From NCBI GenBank assembly GCA_040768745.1, contig JAXGMI010000001.1:288001-352000 (forward strand): a stretch of 64,000 nucleotides of DNA, written 5' to 3'. Shown here piece after piece: positions 19,134 through 28,903 of the stretch (position 1 is its first letter; each line of letters begins with the position of its first letter). Source of the stretch: Desulfomicrobium sp. Lineage in GTDB: Bacteria; Desulfobacterota; Desulfovibrionia; Desulfovibrionales; Desulfomicrobiaceae. A program made the position numbers and the translations under genes. The notes under the pieces were generated by a model. The model made no database searches. It was given only the letters and a program-made list of their open reading frames with translations, and was not told the origin of the DNA.

Positions 19134-20212
19134 GCCTGCCTCCCGAATCCGGCCTCGTTGGTCACCAGGTCGTTGTAATCGTAGGCGTCGAGGCGGTCCT
19201 GGGCCTTGAGGTCCAGCCAGTTGGCCAGGGACCGGGCCGAACGCAGGCCGCTGTAAACCGCCTTGCCGATCTTGCTCGGCCCGCTCAAGGCGTCGCCGGC
19301 CACGAAGACATTCTCAATGGCTGTCATGTGCAGCCAGCGGACCTCGCCCTTGCGCACGTTTTCCAGTCCCAGCTCCTTGGCGAAGGGCGGCGTGGCCGTC
19401 TCGCCGATGGCCGCCACCACCAGATCCACAGGCAGGACCAGGGTTTCGGGCCCATCCTTGCCGGGGCGGGAAATCTCCATGCCCTGCACCCTGTCCTCGC
19501 CCAGTATCCGCAGGGGGGTGCTGCGCTCGAGCCATTCCACGCCCATGCCCCTGAGCTGTTCGATCTCGAAGGAGCCGCAGGGGGCCTCCCGGCTGGTGCG
19601 CCGGTAGATGTGGAAGATCTTGGAAGCGCCGAGGTGGACGGCACTGTGGGCCACGTCGATGGCCGAGTGGCCTGCGCCGATGACGGCCACGGCCCTGCCC
19701 TGCACGTCGGGCAGCTTGACGTTGGGCGCGCTGTATTTCACGGCTCTGATGGGAAAAAGGAATTCCAGGCCGGAGAAGACCCCGGACAGATTTTCACCGG
19801 GGATGCCCAACCGTCTGGAACGCCAGGATCCCGTGCAGATGATGATGGCGTCATGCTTTTTGACCATATCCCCGAAACCGAGGATCTCGCGGCAGAAATG
19901 ATCACCCTCTTCATCATGCAGGGGGCCGCTGCAGCAGATCTTGGTGTGGGTGTGGAAAACGACTCCGGCCTCGCGCTCCAACCGACGCACGCCGAGATCG
20001 ATGCGCTCCTTGGGGATGCGATAGCCCGGGATGCCGAAGAGCATCAATCCCCCGGGCTTAGGCAGCTTGTCGTACACATCGACCTGATACCCAAGACAGG
20101 ACAAGTAGCCCGTTGCGGCCAGGCCCGATGGTCCGGCGCCGATGATGCCGACACTGCGACCATTGGGCATGGCCGGTTCGGAACAGAGAAAATTGAAATT
20201 GATCGGGTCCAT
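19130..20212 (-). CDS. GltD-like FAD/NAD(P)-dependent oxidoreductase lacking the N-terminal Fe-S domain
   Basis: IIGAGPSGL, GGLMLFGIPGYR, VIGAGHSAID, YRRT, FVAGD; 4-nt overlap with the Fe-S gene. Confidence 0.88.
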   Translation of the reverse strand: MDPINFNFLCSEPAMPNGRSVGIIGAGPSGLAATGYLSCLGYQVDVYDKLPKPGGLMLFGIPGYRIPKERIDLGVRRLEREAGVVFHTHTKICCSGPLHDEEGDHFCREILGFGDMVKKHDAIIICTGSWRSRRLGIPGENLSGVFSGLEFLFPIRAVKYSAPNVKLPDVQGRAVAVIGAGHSAIDVAHSAVHLGASKIFHIYRRTSREAPCGSFEIEQLRGMGVEWLERSTPLRILGEDRVQGMEISRPGKDGPETLVLPVDLVVAAIGETATPPFAKELGLENVRKGEVRWLHMTAIENVFVAGDALSGPSKIGKAVYSGLRSARSLANWLDLKAQDRLDAYDYNDLVTNEAGFGRQA

Positions 20213-20340
20213 GTTCCCCCCTGGCTCCTTGCACATTGATTCCTTTGTCTGTGCCGGGCCTTTCTCTTTGTCAAGCAATGCCAGGTCATGGCGCTGGTCA
20301 AGGCGAGCCAGGTCCGGACTGGACACCTGCGTCATGTTTT

Positions 20341-20354
20341 TTGATCTACATCAA
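20341..20354. promoter_or_regulatory. Crp/Fnr-family (HcpR-like) binding box
   Basis: Perfect TTGAT-CTAC-ATCAA between divergent hcp and the oxidoreductase. Confidence 0.8.
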
Positions 20355-20428
20355 AGCACAAAAGCCTGGCGCAGCCTATACGTCGTTTCAACACAGTCAT
20401 ATCACCTCAACCATGGAGAACATGCACC

Positions 20429-22036
20429 ATGTTTTGCAATCAATGTGAACAGACGGCCAAAGGAACAGGATGCACCAAGATCGGCGTATGCGGCAAGCAG
20501 CCCGAAGTGGCCGCGCTCCAGGACCTGCTCATCTACGCCCTGCAGGGGCTGTCCCAGGTGGCCGTGCAGGCCCGGGCCAAATCCGTGTCCGACCCGGAAA
20601 CGAACCGTTTCGTCAACGAAGGCGTCTTCTCGACCCTGACCAACGTCGACTTCGACCCGGCCCGCTTCCAAGTCCTGATCAGGGACGCCGTGGCCCGGCG
20701 CGAGGCCCTCAAGGCCAGGGCCTCCGTCAATGTCGATTCCCCCGCTGCCACCTTTGTTCCGGCCGCCACCCTGGAAGACATGATCGCCCAGGGCGAACAG
20801 CACGGCATTGCCGAAGCCCTGGAAAGCCACGAGGACCTCAGGTCCCTGAAGCAGATCCTCATCTATGGACTGAAGGGCGTGGCCGCCTACGCCGACCACG
20901 CCGCCATCCTGGGCCGCGAGGACGAGAGCGTGTACGAGTTCGTGCAGCGCGCCCTGGCCAAGAGCCTGGACCAGCTGGGACTGGAAGAGCTCATCGGCCT
21001 GTGCATGGAGTGCGGCCAGGTGAACCTCAAGGCCATGGAACTCCTGGACGGCGGCAACACCGGCACCTACGGCCATCCGGTCCCGACGGAAGTCCCCCTG
21101 GGGCCCAAGAAGGGCAAGGCCATCCTCGTCTCCGGCCATGACCTGAAGGACCTGGCCATGCTCCTGGAGCAGACCGCCGGCAAGGGCATCAACATCTACA
21201 CCCACGGCGAGATGCTGCCCTGCCACGGCTACCCGGAACTGAAAAAGCACGCGCACTTCCACGGCCACTATGGCACAGCCTGGCAGAACCAGCAGAAGGA
21301 GTTCGCCGAGTTCCCCGGGGCCATCCTGATGACCACCAACTGCATCCAGAAGCCGGTCGAATCCTACAAGGGCAACATCTTCACCACCGGTCTGGTCGGC
21401 TGGCCCGGCGTGGCCCACGTCGGCAAGGATTTCTCCCAGGTCATTGCCAAGGCCTTGGAAATGCCCGGCTTCACGGCCGAGGAGGACAAGGGCAGCGTGC
21501 TGACGGGCTTTGCCCGCAACGCGGTCCTGGGCGTGGCCGACAAGGTCATCGCCGCGGTCAAGGGTGGAGATATCCGCCACTTCTTCCTGGTGGCCGGCTG
21601 CGACGGCGCCAAGCCCGGCCGCAACTACTACACAGAGTTCGTGGAAAAGGTCCCGGGTGACTGCGTGGTCCTGACCCTGGCCTGCGGCAAGTTCCGCTTC
21701 TTCGACAAGAAGCTGGGCGACATCGGGGGCATCCCGCGCCTGCTGGACGTGGGCCAGTGCAACGACGCCTACTCGGCCATCCAGATCGCGGTGGCCCTGG
21801 CCGGCGCCTTCGGCTGCGGCGTGAACGACCTGCCCCTGTCCATGGTCCTGTCCTGGTACGAGCAGAAGGCCGTGGCCATCCTGCTGACGCTCCTGAGCCT
21901 GGGCATCAAGGGCATCCGCCTCGGGCCCAGTCTGCCGGCCTTCATCACCCCGAACGTGCTGAACGTGCTGGTCGAGAACTTCGACATCAAGCCCATCACC
22001 ACGCCGGATGAGGATCTGAAAGCCATTCTGGGCTAG
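20429..22036 (+). CDS. hcp: Hybrid cluster protein (hydroxylamine/NO reductase)
   Basis: MFCNQCEQTA..GC...GVCGK, SGHDL, YTHGEMLP, GCDG, ACGK, GQCND, SWYEQK. Confidence 0.97.
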   Translation: MFCNQCEQTAKGTGCTKIGVCGKQPEVAALQDLLIYALQGLSQVAVQARAKSVSDPETNRFVNEGVFSTLTNVDFDPARFQVLIRDAVARREALKARASVNVDSPAATFVPAATLEDMIAQGEQHGIAEALESHEDLRSLKQILIYGLKGVAAYADHAAILGREDESVYEFVQRALAKSLDQLGLEELIGLCMECGQVNLKAMELLDGGNTGTYGHPVPTEVPLGPKKGKAILVSGHDLKDLAMLLEQTAGKGINIYTHGEMLPCHGYPELKKHAHFHGHYGTAWQNQQKEFAEFPGAILMTTNCIQKPVESYKGNIFTTGLVGWPGVAHVGKDFSQVIAKALEMPGFTAEEDKGSVLTGFARNAVLGVADKVIAAVKGGDIRHFFLVAGCDGAKPGRNYYTEFVEKVPGDCVVLTLACGKFRFFDKKLGDIGGIPRLLDVGQCNDAYSAIQIAVALAGAFGCGVNDLPLSMVLSWYEQKAVAILLTLLSLGIKGIRLGPSLPAFITPNVLNVLVENFDIKPITTPDEDLKAILG

Positions 22037-22050
22037 GATTCATCCACCCC

Positions 22051-22088
22051 TGTGGGAAGGCCCGCATAGGCTGCCGGGCCTTCCCACA
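22051..22088 (+). terminator. Hairpin downstream of hcp
   Basis: TGTGGGAAGGCCCG/CGGGCCTTCCCACA 14-bp inverted repeat. Confidence 0.7.
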
Positions 22089-22200
22089 CTCTTCTGCCGG
22101 GCGCGCCACATCCTTCTTCCCTGCACATCCTGTTGACAGCAAGGCCCGAACATGACCAGTTTGCTCGTGCATGCATGGTACAACGTCACCGGAACCGGCC

Positions 22201-23532
22201 ATGAACACGATCAAATCCTTCCTGACCCGCTGCAAAACCTTCTGCACATCGGAAATCTGGCATCTGCGGCCGGACAGACCTTCCATGGGTTGGATTGTCA
22301 CCCGCTTGGCGCGTACCATTCTTCTCGCGGCCCGAGGATTTCGGGACCACCACGGTCCCTTGCGCGCATCGGCCCTGACATTCTATACCCTCCTGTCCCT
22401 GGTTCCCCTGGCCGCCATGGCTTTTGGCATCGCCAAGGGCTTCGGATTCGAACGGTTGCTGGAGAAAGAACTGCTCGAACAATTCTCGGCCCAGCAGGCC
22501 GTGGTGCAGCAGGTCATCGTCTTTGCCCGCAACATGCTGGACAACACCCAGGGCGGCCTCATAGCCGGGATAGGCGTCATTGCCCTGTTCTGGTCCGTGG
22601 TCAAAGTGCTGGGGAACATCGAGGACAGCTTCAATCACATCTGGGGGGTGGCATCCCGTCCCATCCTGCGCAAACTGAGTGATTACCTGACCATCATGAT
22701 CATCGGCCCTGTGCTGCTGATCACCTCCGGAAGCGTGACGGTGCTGATTGCCGCCCAGGTTGCAGCCCTTTCCTCCCACATCGGCTTGCAAGACGTGCTC
22801 AACCCGGCCATCTCCGGGGTTCTGGCCCTGGCCCCCTACATGCTGCTCTGGATCCTGTTCACCCTCATCTACCTGATCATGCCCAACACCCGGGTCAAGG
22901 CATCCGGCGCCATTCTGGCCGCCATCATGGCCGGGTCGGTCTACCAGCTCGTGCAGATCGGGTATGTCCGGTTTCAGATCAACGTCACCAGCTACAACGC
23001 GATCTATGGCAGTTTCGCCGCGCTGCCGTTGTTTCTGGTTTGGCTCAACCTGAGCTGGCACATCGTGCTGTTTGGAGCCGAAATCGCCCATGCATTCCAG
23101 CATGCCGACATGGCGGACCACACCCAGAGCGGCCAGAGAATGAGCATGCGACAGACCCGTCTCTTTGCCCTGGCCCTGTGCACGCACGTGGTCCGCCTTT
23201 TCCACCGGGGTGAACCCGCGCGCTCCTGTATCGGCATTGCGCGCGATCTTGCTCTTGCCCCTGGCCTCATCCGCTTTCTGGCAGACCTCCTGGTCCGGGG
23301 CGGCATACTTTCCCGCGTGGATGACGACGACGGCAAGGAGCAACTCCTGCAGCCAGCCCGGGACATCAGCAGCCTGACCATAGCCCAGGTCATGGCGGCG
23401 GTAGAGAACGTGGGAACCAATGACCTGCTGCCCCCCGGCCCTGGGCACCTTCAGCCCGGCCCTGCCTGGCTGGATGACCTGCTGGCGACCATAGACCGCT
23501 CACCGGCCAGTCGTCTCGTCCTGGAGCTCTAG
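22201..23532 (+). CDS. YihY/BrkB-family membrane protein with C-terminal wHTH (Rrf2-like) extension
   Basis: ASALTFYTLLSLVP, IEDSFNHIW, YNAIYGSFAALPLFLVW. Confidence 0.88.
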   Translation: MNTIKSFLTRCKTFCTSEIWHLRPDRPSMGWIVTRLARTILLAARGFRDHHGPLRASALTFYTLLSLVPLAAMAFGIAKGFGFERLLEKELLEQFSAQQAVVQQVIVFARNMLDNTQGGLIAGIGVIALFWSVVKVLGNIEDSFNHIWGVASRPILRKLSDYLTIMIIGPVLLITSGSVTVLIAAQVAALSSHIGLQDVLNPAISGVLALAPYMLLWILFTLIYLIMPNTRVKASGAILAAIMAGSVYQLVQIGYVRFQINVTSYNAIYGSFAALPLFLVWLNLSWHIVLFGAEIAHAFQHADMADHTQSGQRMSMRQTRLFALALCTHVVRLFHRGEPARSCIGIARDLALAPGLIRFLADLLVRGGILSRVDDDDGKEQLLQPARDISSLTIAQVMAAVENVGTNDLLPPGPGHLQPGPAWLDDLLATIDRSPASRLVLEL

Positions 23533-23771
23533 TCCCGCTGAGGCCTGCACAGGGCAGCCCTCCAGGATATTCCCTTCCCTGTTTTTGTGTTTTCACGCCG
23601 AAGAGCGTACAGAGGTTTCATGAAATGCAATCCGGCCAGCTTTCAGTGTCCGGCAAATCCCTCGAAACAACTGTTTAGCCCTTGACGAGAGGCAGTGAAA
23701 AGCACAAGGGGAAATACCGGAAATCGCCGGGATTACTCGAAGACAGAGATTTCATTGCAGGGAGTGCATAG

Positions 23772-25322
23772 ATGATGAAACGCTGTGGATTGTGCGGCCT
23801 CATGGCCGGGCTTTTCCTTTTCATCCAGACCGGCATGGTTCAGGCCCAGAATTCCACATTCGGCCTGGGAGATGTCGAGAATATGGCCCGGGAACTGGCG
23901 GCCAAACCGTTTGTGGACAACATCGGCCAGGTGCCGGATATTCTCAAGACCATTTCCTACGATGACTGGCGGGATATCCGCTTTGCCCAGGAGAAAAGCC
24001 TCTGGCGCGAGGACAAGCTCCCCTTTGAGTTGCAATTCTTCCACCCCGGCCTGTTCTACGATCGCACTGTGGCCATCAACGTGGTGGATCAGGGCGTACC
24101 CAAACGCCTGGCCTTCGACACAAGCGCATTCAACTACGGCCGCAACAAGTTCGCAGAACAGCTGTCGGCAGACATGGGATATGCAGGATTCCGCATCCAT
24201 TCCGCCATCAACAAAAAAAGCTACCTGGACGAATTCCTTGTCTTCCTCGGCGCCAGCTATTTCCGGGCCGTGGGCAAGGGGCATCATTACGGCCTGTCTG
24301 CCAGGGGTCTGGCCATCGACACGGCCGAGCCCACGGGTGAAGAATTCCCCTTTTTCAAGGAATTCTGGATCGTCAAGCCCGGAAAAAAGGACAAGAGCGT
24401 GACCATCTATGCCCTGCTTGACTCGCGACGGGTCACAGGCGCGTACAAATTCGAGGCCACGCCCGGAGGGGAAACCGCCATTGACGTCGAATCCGTCCTC
24501 TTCCTGCGCGAGCCCGTGGCACGGCTCGGTATCGCCCCCCTGACCAGCATGTTCATTTTCGGAGAGAACTCTAATCCCCGTCTGAACGACGATTTCCGCC
24601 CGGAAGTGCACGATTCCGACGGCCTCATGGCCAGATTCGAAAACGAGGAGTGGGTATGGCGGCCCCTCCACAACCCCAAAACGCTGGCCGTCAATGCGTT
24701 CAGCGCCCCGAACATCCGGGGCATGGGCCTGATGCAGCGGGATACGGACTTCAATAACTATCTGGATCTGGAGGCACGGTACGAACAGCGACCGAGTGCG
24801 TGGATAGAGCCCAAGGAAGACTGGGGACCGGGCCGCCTGCACCTGGTCCAGATACCCTCGCCCGAGGAAATTCACGACAATATTGTCAGCTTCTGGTCCC
24901 CGGACACGATACCCTCCCCGGGAAAGCCTGTTTCCTATGCCTATCGGATCCGGTGGTGCAGCCCCCAGCGAGTCGCGCTCCCTGATGGACAGGTCGTATT
25001 CACCCGCACATCCAAGGGTAAACTCGACAATTCCCGCCTGTTCGTACTTGAATTCCAGGGAGGCAAGCTGGAAGACCTCCCCGACGACGCGGCCCTGGAC
25101 TCCAATGTGTGGATTGGCACTGGCGGCAAGCTCCTGGAAAAGCGGGTCTATAAAAATACGGTCAATGGCAATTGGCGCCTTGTCTTCGAAGTCGAACCGG
25201 ACGGCACGTCGCCCCTGGCCATGGTCCTTCCGGACAAGCGTCCCTTCATTGAAATGCGGGCCAACCTGCAGCACGGGCTCACCCCATTGACTGAAACCTG
25301 GACCTACGCCATCAAATTCTGA
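23772..25322 (+). CDS. opgG: Periplasmic glucan biosynthesis protein G
   Basis: Signal peptide; FLGASYFRA, YGLSARGLAIDT, EEFP, RPEVHDSDG, ETWTY. Confidence 0.95.
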   Translation: MMKRCGLCGLMAGLFLFIQTGMVQAQNSTFGLGDVENMARELAAKPFVDNIGQVPDILKTISYDDWRDIRFAQEKSLWREDKLPFELQFFHPGLFYDRTVAINVVDQGVPKRLAFDTSAFNYGRNKFAEQLSADMGYAGFRIHSAINKKSYLDEFLVFLGASYFRAVGKGHHYGLSARGLAIDTAEPTGEEFPFFKEFWIVKPGKKDKSVTIYALLDSRRVTGAYKFEATPGGETAIDVESVLFLREPVARLGIAPLTSMFIFGENSNPRLNDDFRPEVHDSDGLMARFENEEWVWRPLHNPKTLAVNAFSAPNIRGMGLMQRDTDFNNYLDLEARYEQRPSAWIEPKEDWGPGRLHLVQIPSPEEIHDNIVSFWSPDTIPSPGKPVSYAYRIRWCSPQRVALPDGQVVFTRTSKGKLDNSRLFVLEFQGGKLEDLPDDAALDSNVWIGTGGKLLEKRVYKNTVNGNWRLVFEVEPDGTSPLAMVLPDKRPFIEMRANLQHGLTPLTETWTYAIKF

Positions 25323-25771
25323 TGAAAAAGGACCGGATGGAGCAACGCATTGATCCCGCCGCAATTCTTGAGGCCCGCCTCGAGGCAGCCGGCCGCAGGG
25401 TATCCACCTATCTGCGGCACATGGCCATTCCCGAAAGGAGCAGACACAGCTTGACGCTCACCGCGCTGGATCTCCTGGCCAGAGACCCGGGCGAGAATGC
25501 TGCCCAGGCCGAGGCCAAGGCCATTATACTCGTGCGCAGCTTGCTGGCGGAACAGCGCATCCCTGTCTATGCTGTTCCTGGTCCACCGCTGAAACGTTCG
25601 CACATGAAGCCGGAAGTGATGGACCGACGCCCCTGGGTTCACGTCTTTCTGCGCCTATGGCGGCCGTTGTGGAACACGGCGGCGGCCATCCTCAACACGT
25701 CGTTCATTGACATTGTCCTCTACGCGCTGCTCCTGGCTGGACTTTATGCACTCACCACGTCGTCACACTGA
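25322..25771 (+). CDS. Hypothetical protein between opgG and opgH with a C-terminal TM
   Basis: ATG overlaps the opgG stop; PPLKRSHMKPE motif; hydrophobic C-terminus. Confidence 0.75.
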   Translation: MKKDRMEQRIDPAAILEARLEAAGRRVSTYLRHMAIPERSRHSLTLTALDLLARDPGENAAQAEAKAIILVRSLLAEQRIPVYAVPGPPLKRSHMKPEVMDRRPWVHVFLRLWRPLWNTAAAILNTSFIDIVLYALLLAGLYALTTSSH

Positions 25772-25869
25772 CCCGGATGCGCAGGCGTCCCCATGTTCAT
25801 GATCATGGCCCCGGTCCGGGATCTGCCCGTTTCCTCCTCGCGCAGGCCAACTCATAGCCCGAATAGCAT

Positions 25870-27984
25870 ATGTCACAGAGGGAAACCGTGAACCGCGAAT
25901 TCCTGAACGAACCCTGGCGTAGAGTCGCCGCCCGCCGCAGGCTCATACTCCTGATTCTGGTCCTCGTTCCGGCCATCGTCTCGGCCACCATCATGCGATC
26001 CCTGCTGCCCCACAGGGGCAGCACCTTCCTGGAGGGATCCATCACCGTCGTCTATTGCATCCTTTTCATCTGGATCACCTTGGGGTTCTGGACCGCACTG
26101 GCCGGATTCTGGACCCTCCTGAAGCGTAACGACCGCTTTGCCGTGAGCAGGTCACGCGGTGATCTGGACGCGCCCATCCGTCCCCATGTGAGAACAGCCA
26201 TCCTCTTTCCGATCTGCAATGAAGATCCGGAGCGCATCATGGCCGGGATTCATGCCGTGTGGCGATCATTGAGCAGACTGGGGGCTGCCGACAAATTCGA
26301 CATCCATATTCTGAGTGATTCCAACGACCCAGACCGCTGGGTGCAGGAAGAAGCCGCCTGGAACGCCCTGTGCACAAGCCTCTCGGCCCATGGCCGTATC
26401 TTCTACCGCCGACGGCGGATCAACTTGAAGAGGAAAAGCGGCAATGTCGCCGATTTCTGCCGCCGCTACGGCAGCCACTACACCTACATGATCGTCTTTG
26501 ATGCCGATTCAGTCATGTCCGGAGAGACCCTGGTGCGCATGGTCCGCATCATGGAGCGCAGGCGCAACGTGGGCATTCTGCAAACCGCCCCGGCCTGCAC
26601 CGGCAGGGAGACCCTGATCGCCCGGGCCCAGCAATTCGCCAACAGGGCCTACGGACCCATGTACGCGGCCGGCCTGCACCACTGGTTCCTGGGCGACGCC
26701 CAGTTCTGGGGCCACAATGCCATTATCCGGGTCAAGCCTTTCATACACCACTGCGCTCTGTCCCGCCTTCCGGGCAAACCGCCCCTGGGCGGGGACATCC
26801 TGTCCCATGACTTCGTGGAATCCGCCCTCATGCGTAGGGCGGGATATTCGGTCTGGCTGGCCTACGACCTGGAAGGCAGCTACGAGGAAGTACCTCCGAA
26901 CCTGCTCAACGAGCTCAAACGCGACCGGCGCTGGTGCCAGGGAAACCTGCAGCACCTGCGCCTGGTCTTCACCCGGGGCATATTTCCCGGACATCGAGCC
27001 CTTTTCCTCAACGGCGTCATGAGCTACGGCTCGGCCCTGCTCTGGTTCCTCTTCCTGGCCCTGTCCACCACTGAAGCCATTCTGGAAGCCTTGGTCCAGC
27101 CTGACTATTTTGCGCCGACCAAAAGCCTGTTCCCGGTCTGGCCCGTATGGAATCCCATGCCCGCACTGGCCCTGCTCGGCGGAACTGCCCTGGTTCTTTT
27201 CCTGCCCAAGGTGTGCGCCCTCATCCTGGCGGTGATCAAAGGCCGCCGCAAACTGTTCGGCGGCTTTTTCGCCCTGCTTGGAAGCATCCTCTCGGAAGTC
27301 ATCCTCTCCACCCTTCTCGCTCCGGTTCGCATGCTCTTCCACAGCAAATACGTATTCCTGACCCTCCTGGGTGTAGGCATTGGCTGGGGCACCCAGCAGC
27401 GCGACGATGAGGGCACACCCCTCTGGGACGCCCTGCGTTTCCATGGGGGGGGCACCCTCCTGGCCCTGATCTGGGGCGCAGTCCTCTTTCATATCAACCG
27501 GGTGTTTTTCTGGTGGAGTTCACCCCTGATCATATCCCTGCTCCTCTCCATCCCTGTGTCCATGATCACCAGCCGGGCTGAGGTCGGACGATTTTTCCGC
27601 AAGCTCCGCCTCTTTGTCACCCCGGAGGAAGTTCGTCTCCCGCGGGAATACCAGGACATCGAGAAGTACCTGGCTGAGAACACCCAGCAGGGCCAACGGC
27701 TGGGCATTGCCGCCGATGATGGCTTCATCAGGGCCGCCGTCGATCCTGGTGTCAACATGCTGCACCGCGCTTTGCTGCGCGGTTCCCGCTGTCTCGCTCC
27801 CGAGGTTCATGCTCGACGCGACGAGCTCATGGCCAAGGCGATGGAAAACGGGCCTGCCGCACTGAGCAAGAAGGAAAAAAAGGAACTGCTGTATGACAGC
27901 GAGCGGATGTCACGCCTGCACGAGCACATCTGGACCCTGCCAGAGGAGACCATGGCCGAACGCTGGAGTGTCCGCTTGGGCTGA
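25870..27984 (+). CDS. opgH: Glucans biosynthesis glucosyltransferase H
   Basis: PICNED, RKSGN, DADS, WGHNAIIR, LSHDFVE, RDRRWCQGN. Confidence 0.96.
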   Translation: MSQRETVNREFLNEPWRRVAARRRLILLILVLVPAIVSATIMRSLLPHRGSTFLEGSITVVYCILFIWITLGFWTALAGFWTLLKRNDRFAVSRSRGDLDAPIRPHVRTAILFPICNEDPERIMAGIHAVWRSLSRLGAADKFDIHILSDSNDPDRWVQEEAAWNALCTSLSAHGRIFYRRRRINLKRKSGNVADFCRRYGSHYTYMIVFDADSVMSGETLVRMVRIMERRRNVGILQTAPACTGRETLIARAQQFANRAYGPMYAAGLHHWFLGDAQFWGHNAIIRVKPFIHHCALSRLPGKPPLGGDILSHDFVESALMRRAGYSVWLAYDLEGSYEEVPPNLLNELKRDRRWCQGNLQHLRLVFTRGIFPGHRALFLNGVMSYGSALLWFLFLALSTTEAILEALVQPDYFAPTKSLFPVWPVWNPMPALALLGGTALVLFLPKVCALILAVIKGRRKLFGGFFALLGSILSEVILSTLLAPVRMLFHSKYVFLTLLGVGIGWGTQQRDDEGTPLWDALRFHGGGTLLALIWGAVLFHINRVFFWWSSPLIISLLLSIPVSMITSRAEVGRFFRKLRLFVTPEEVRLPREYQDIEKYLAENTQQGQRLGIAADDGFIRAAVDPGVNMLHRALLRGSRCLAPEVHARRDELMAKAMENGPAALSKKEKKELLYDSERMSRLHEHIWTLPEETMAERWSVRLG

Positions 27985-28257
27985 ATCACTCGTGTCCGCC
28001 CCAGTCCAGAAACACATCCTCCACCGCGGCGGCTGACTTTGGTGGGGATCAACCGTCTCTGAAGTCCGCTGAAAACGGCACCATCGCCGTTTTCCAGGGC
28101 CATCCCATTCCTCCCAGGTCAGACACCCTTGCCGTCCACGGCCCACAATTTCCCTGACAGGGATGGGGAGGACCCGCATCCCCAGCAGATCACCGACAAA
28201 GCGCCGCAACTGATCGTGGTGTGCACAGAGGCCTAACGCCCTGCCGGGCGCACAGAC

Positions 28258-28284
28258 AAAAAAAGCCCCGCAGATGCGGGGCTT
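28258..28284 (-). terminator. Intrinsic terminator after pal
   Basis: AAGCCCCGCA/TGCGGGGCTT stem with a T-run on the minus strand. Confidence 0.85.
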
Positions 28285-28320
28285 CGTCGAGGGAATGTTC
28301 CCTCGCTATCAAAGGCAGAA

Positions 28321-28863
28321 CTACTTGGCGCTGGCCTTGAACTCGTCGCGACGGTTCTTGGACCAGGCAGCTTCGTTGGAGCCCTGGACAGCAGGATATT
28401 CTTCGCCGTAGCTGATGATGGATAACTTGGAGGAATCAATTCCCATCAGGACCAGGAAGTCATACGCAGCGCGGGCACGACGTTCGCCAAGAGCCATGTT
28501 GTACTCGTTGGTGCCGCGCTCGTCGCAATGGCCTTCAATCAGCAGGACCAGACCGGCGTTGGCCTTCAGCAGCTCAGCCTTTTCGGTCAGGACCGCACGG
28601 GATTCCTGGGACAGCTCGTTGGAGTCGAAAGCAAAATAGATCTTGTCAGCGCCGATCTTTTCGATGGCCTGACGCTGCAGCTCGGCAAGACGCTGCGCCT
28701 CAAGCTGCTCGGCAGTGAGACCACCCTGACTTCCATAAGCTCCGGAACCGGAACCTGCGGCAGTCGCACCAGCGGGGGTAGAGCTCACTTTCTTGGAGCA
28801 GCCGCCAGCCATGGCCAGACAGAACACCAGCACAATCAATCCAAAAACACCAAACTTCCTCAT
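28321..28863 (-). CDS. pal: Peptidoglycan-associated lipoprotein
   Basis: Lipobox AGGC; IYFAFD, EGHCDERGTNEYNMALGERRA, SYGEE, NRRDEF. Confidence 0.96.
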   Translation of the reverse strand: MRKFGVFGLIVLVFCLAMAGGCSKKVSSTPAGATAAGSGSGAYGSQGGLTAEQLEAQRLAELQRQAIEKIGADKIYFAFDSNELSQESRAVLTEKAELLKANAGLVLLIEGHCDERGTNEYNMALGERRARAAYDFLVLMGIDSSKLSIISYGEEYPAVQGSNEAAWSKNRRDEFKASAK

Positions 28864-28903
28864 AACTTCCTCCGTTAACGAAAAAAATACAAAACCTTTG
28901 CCA

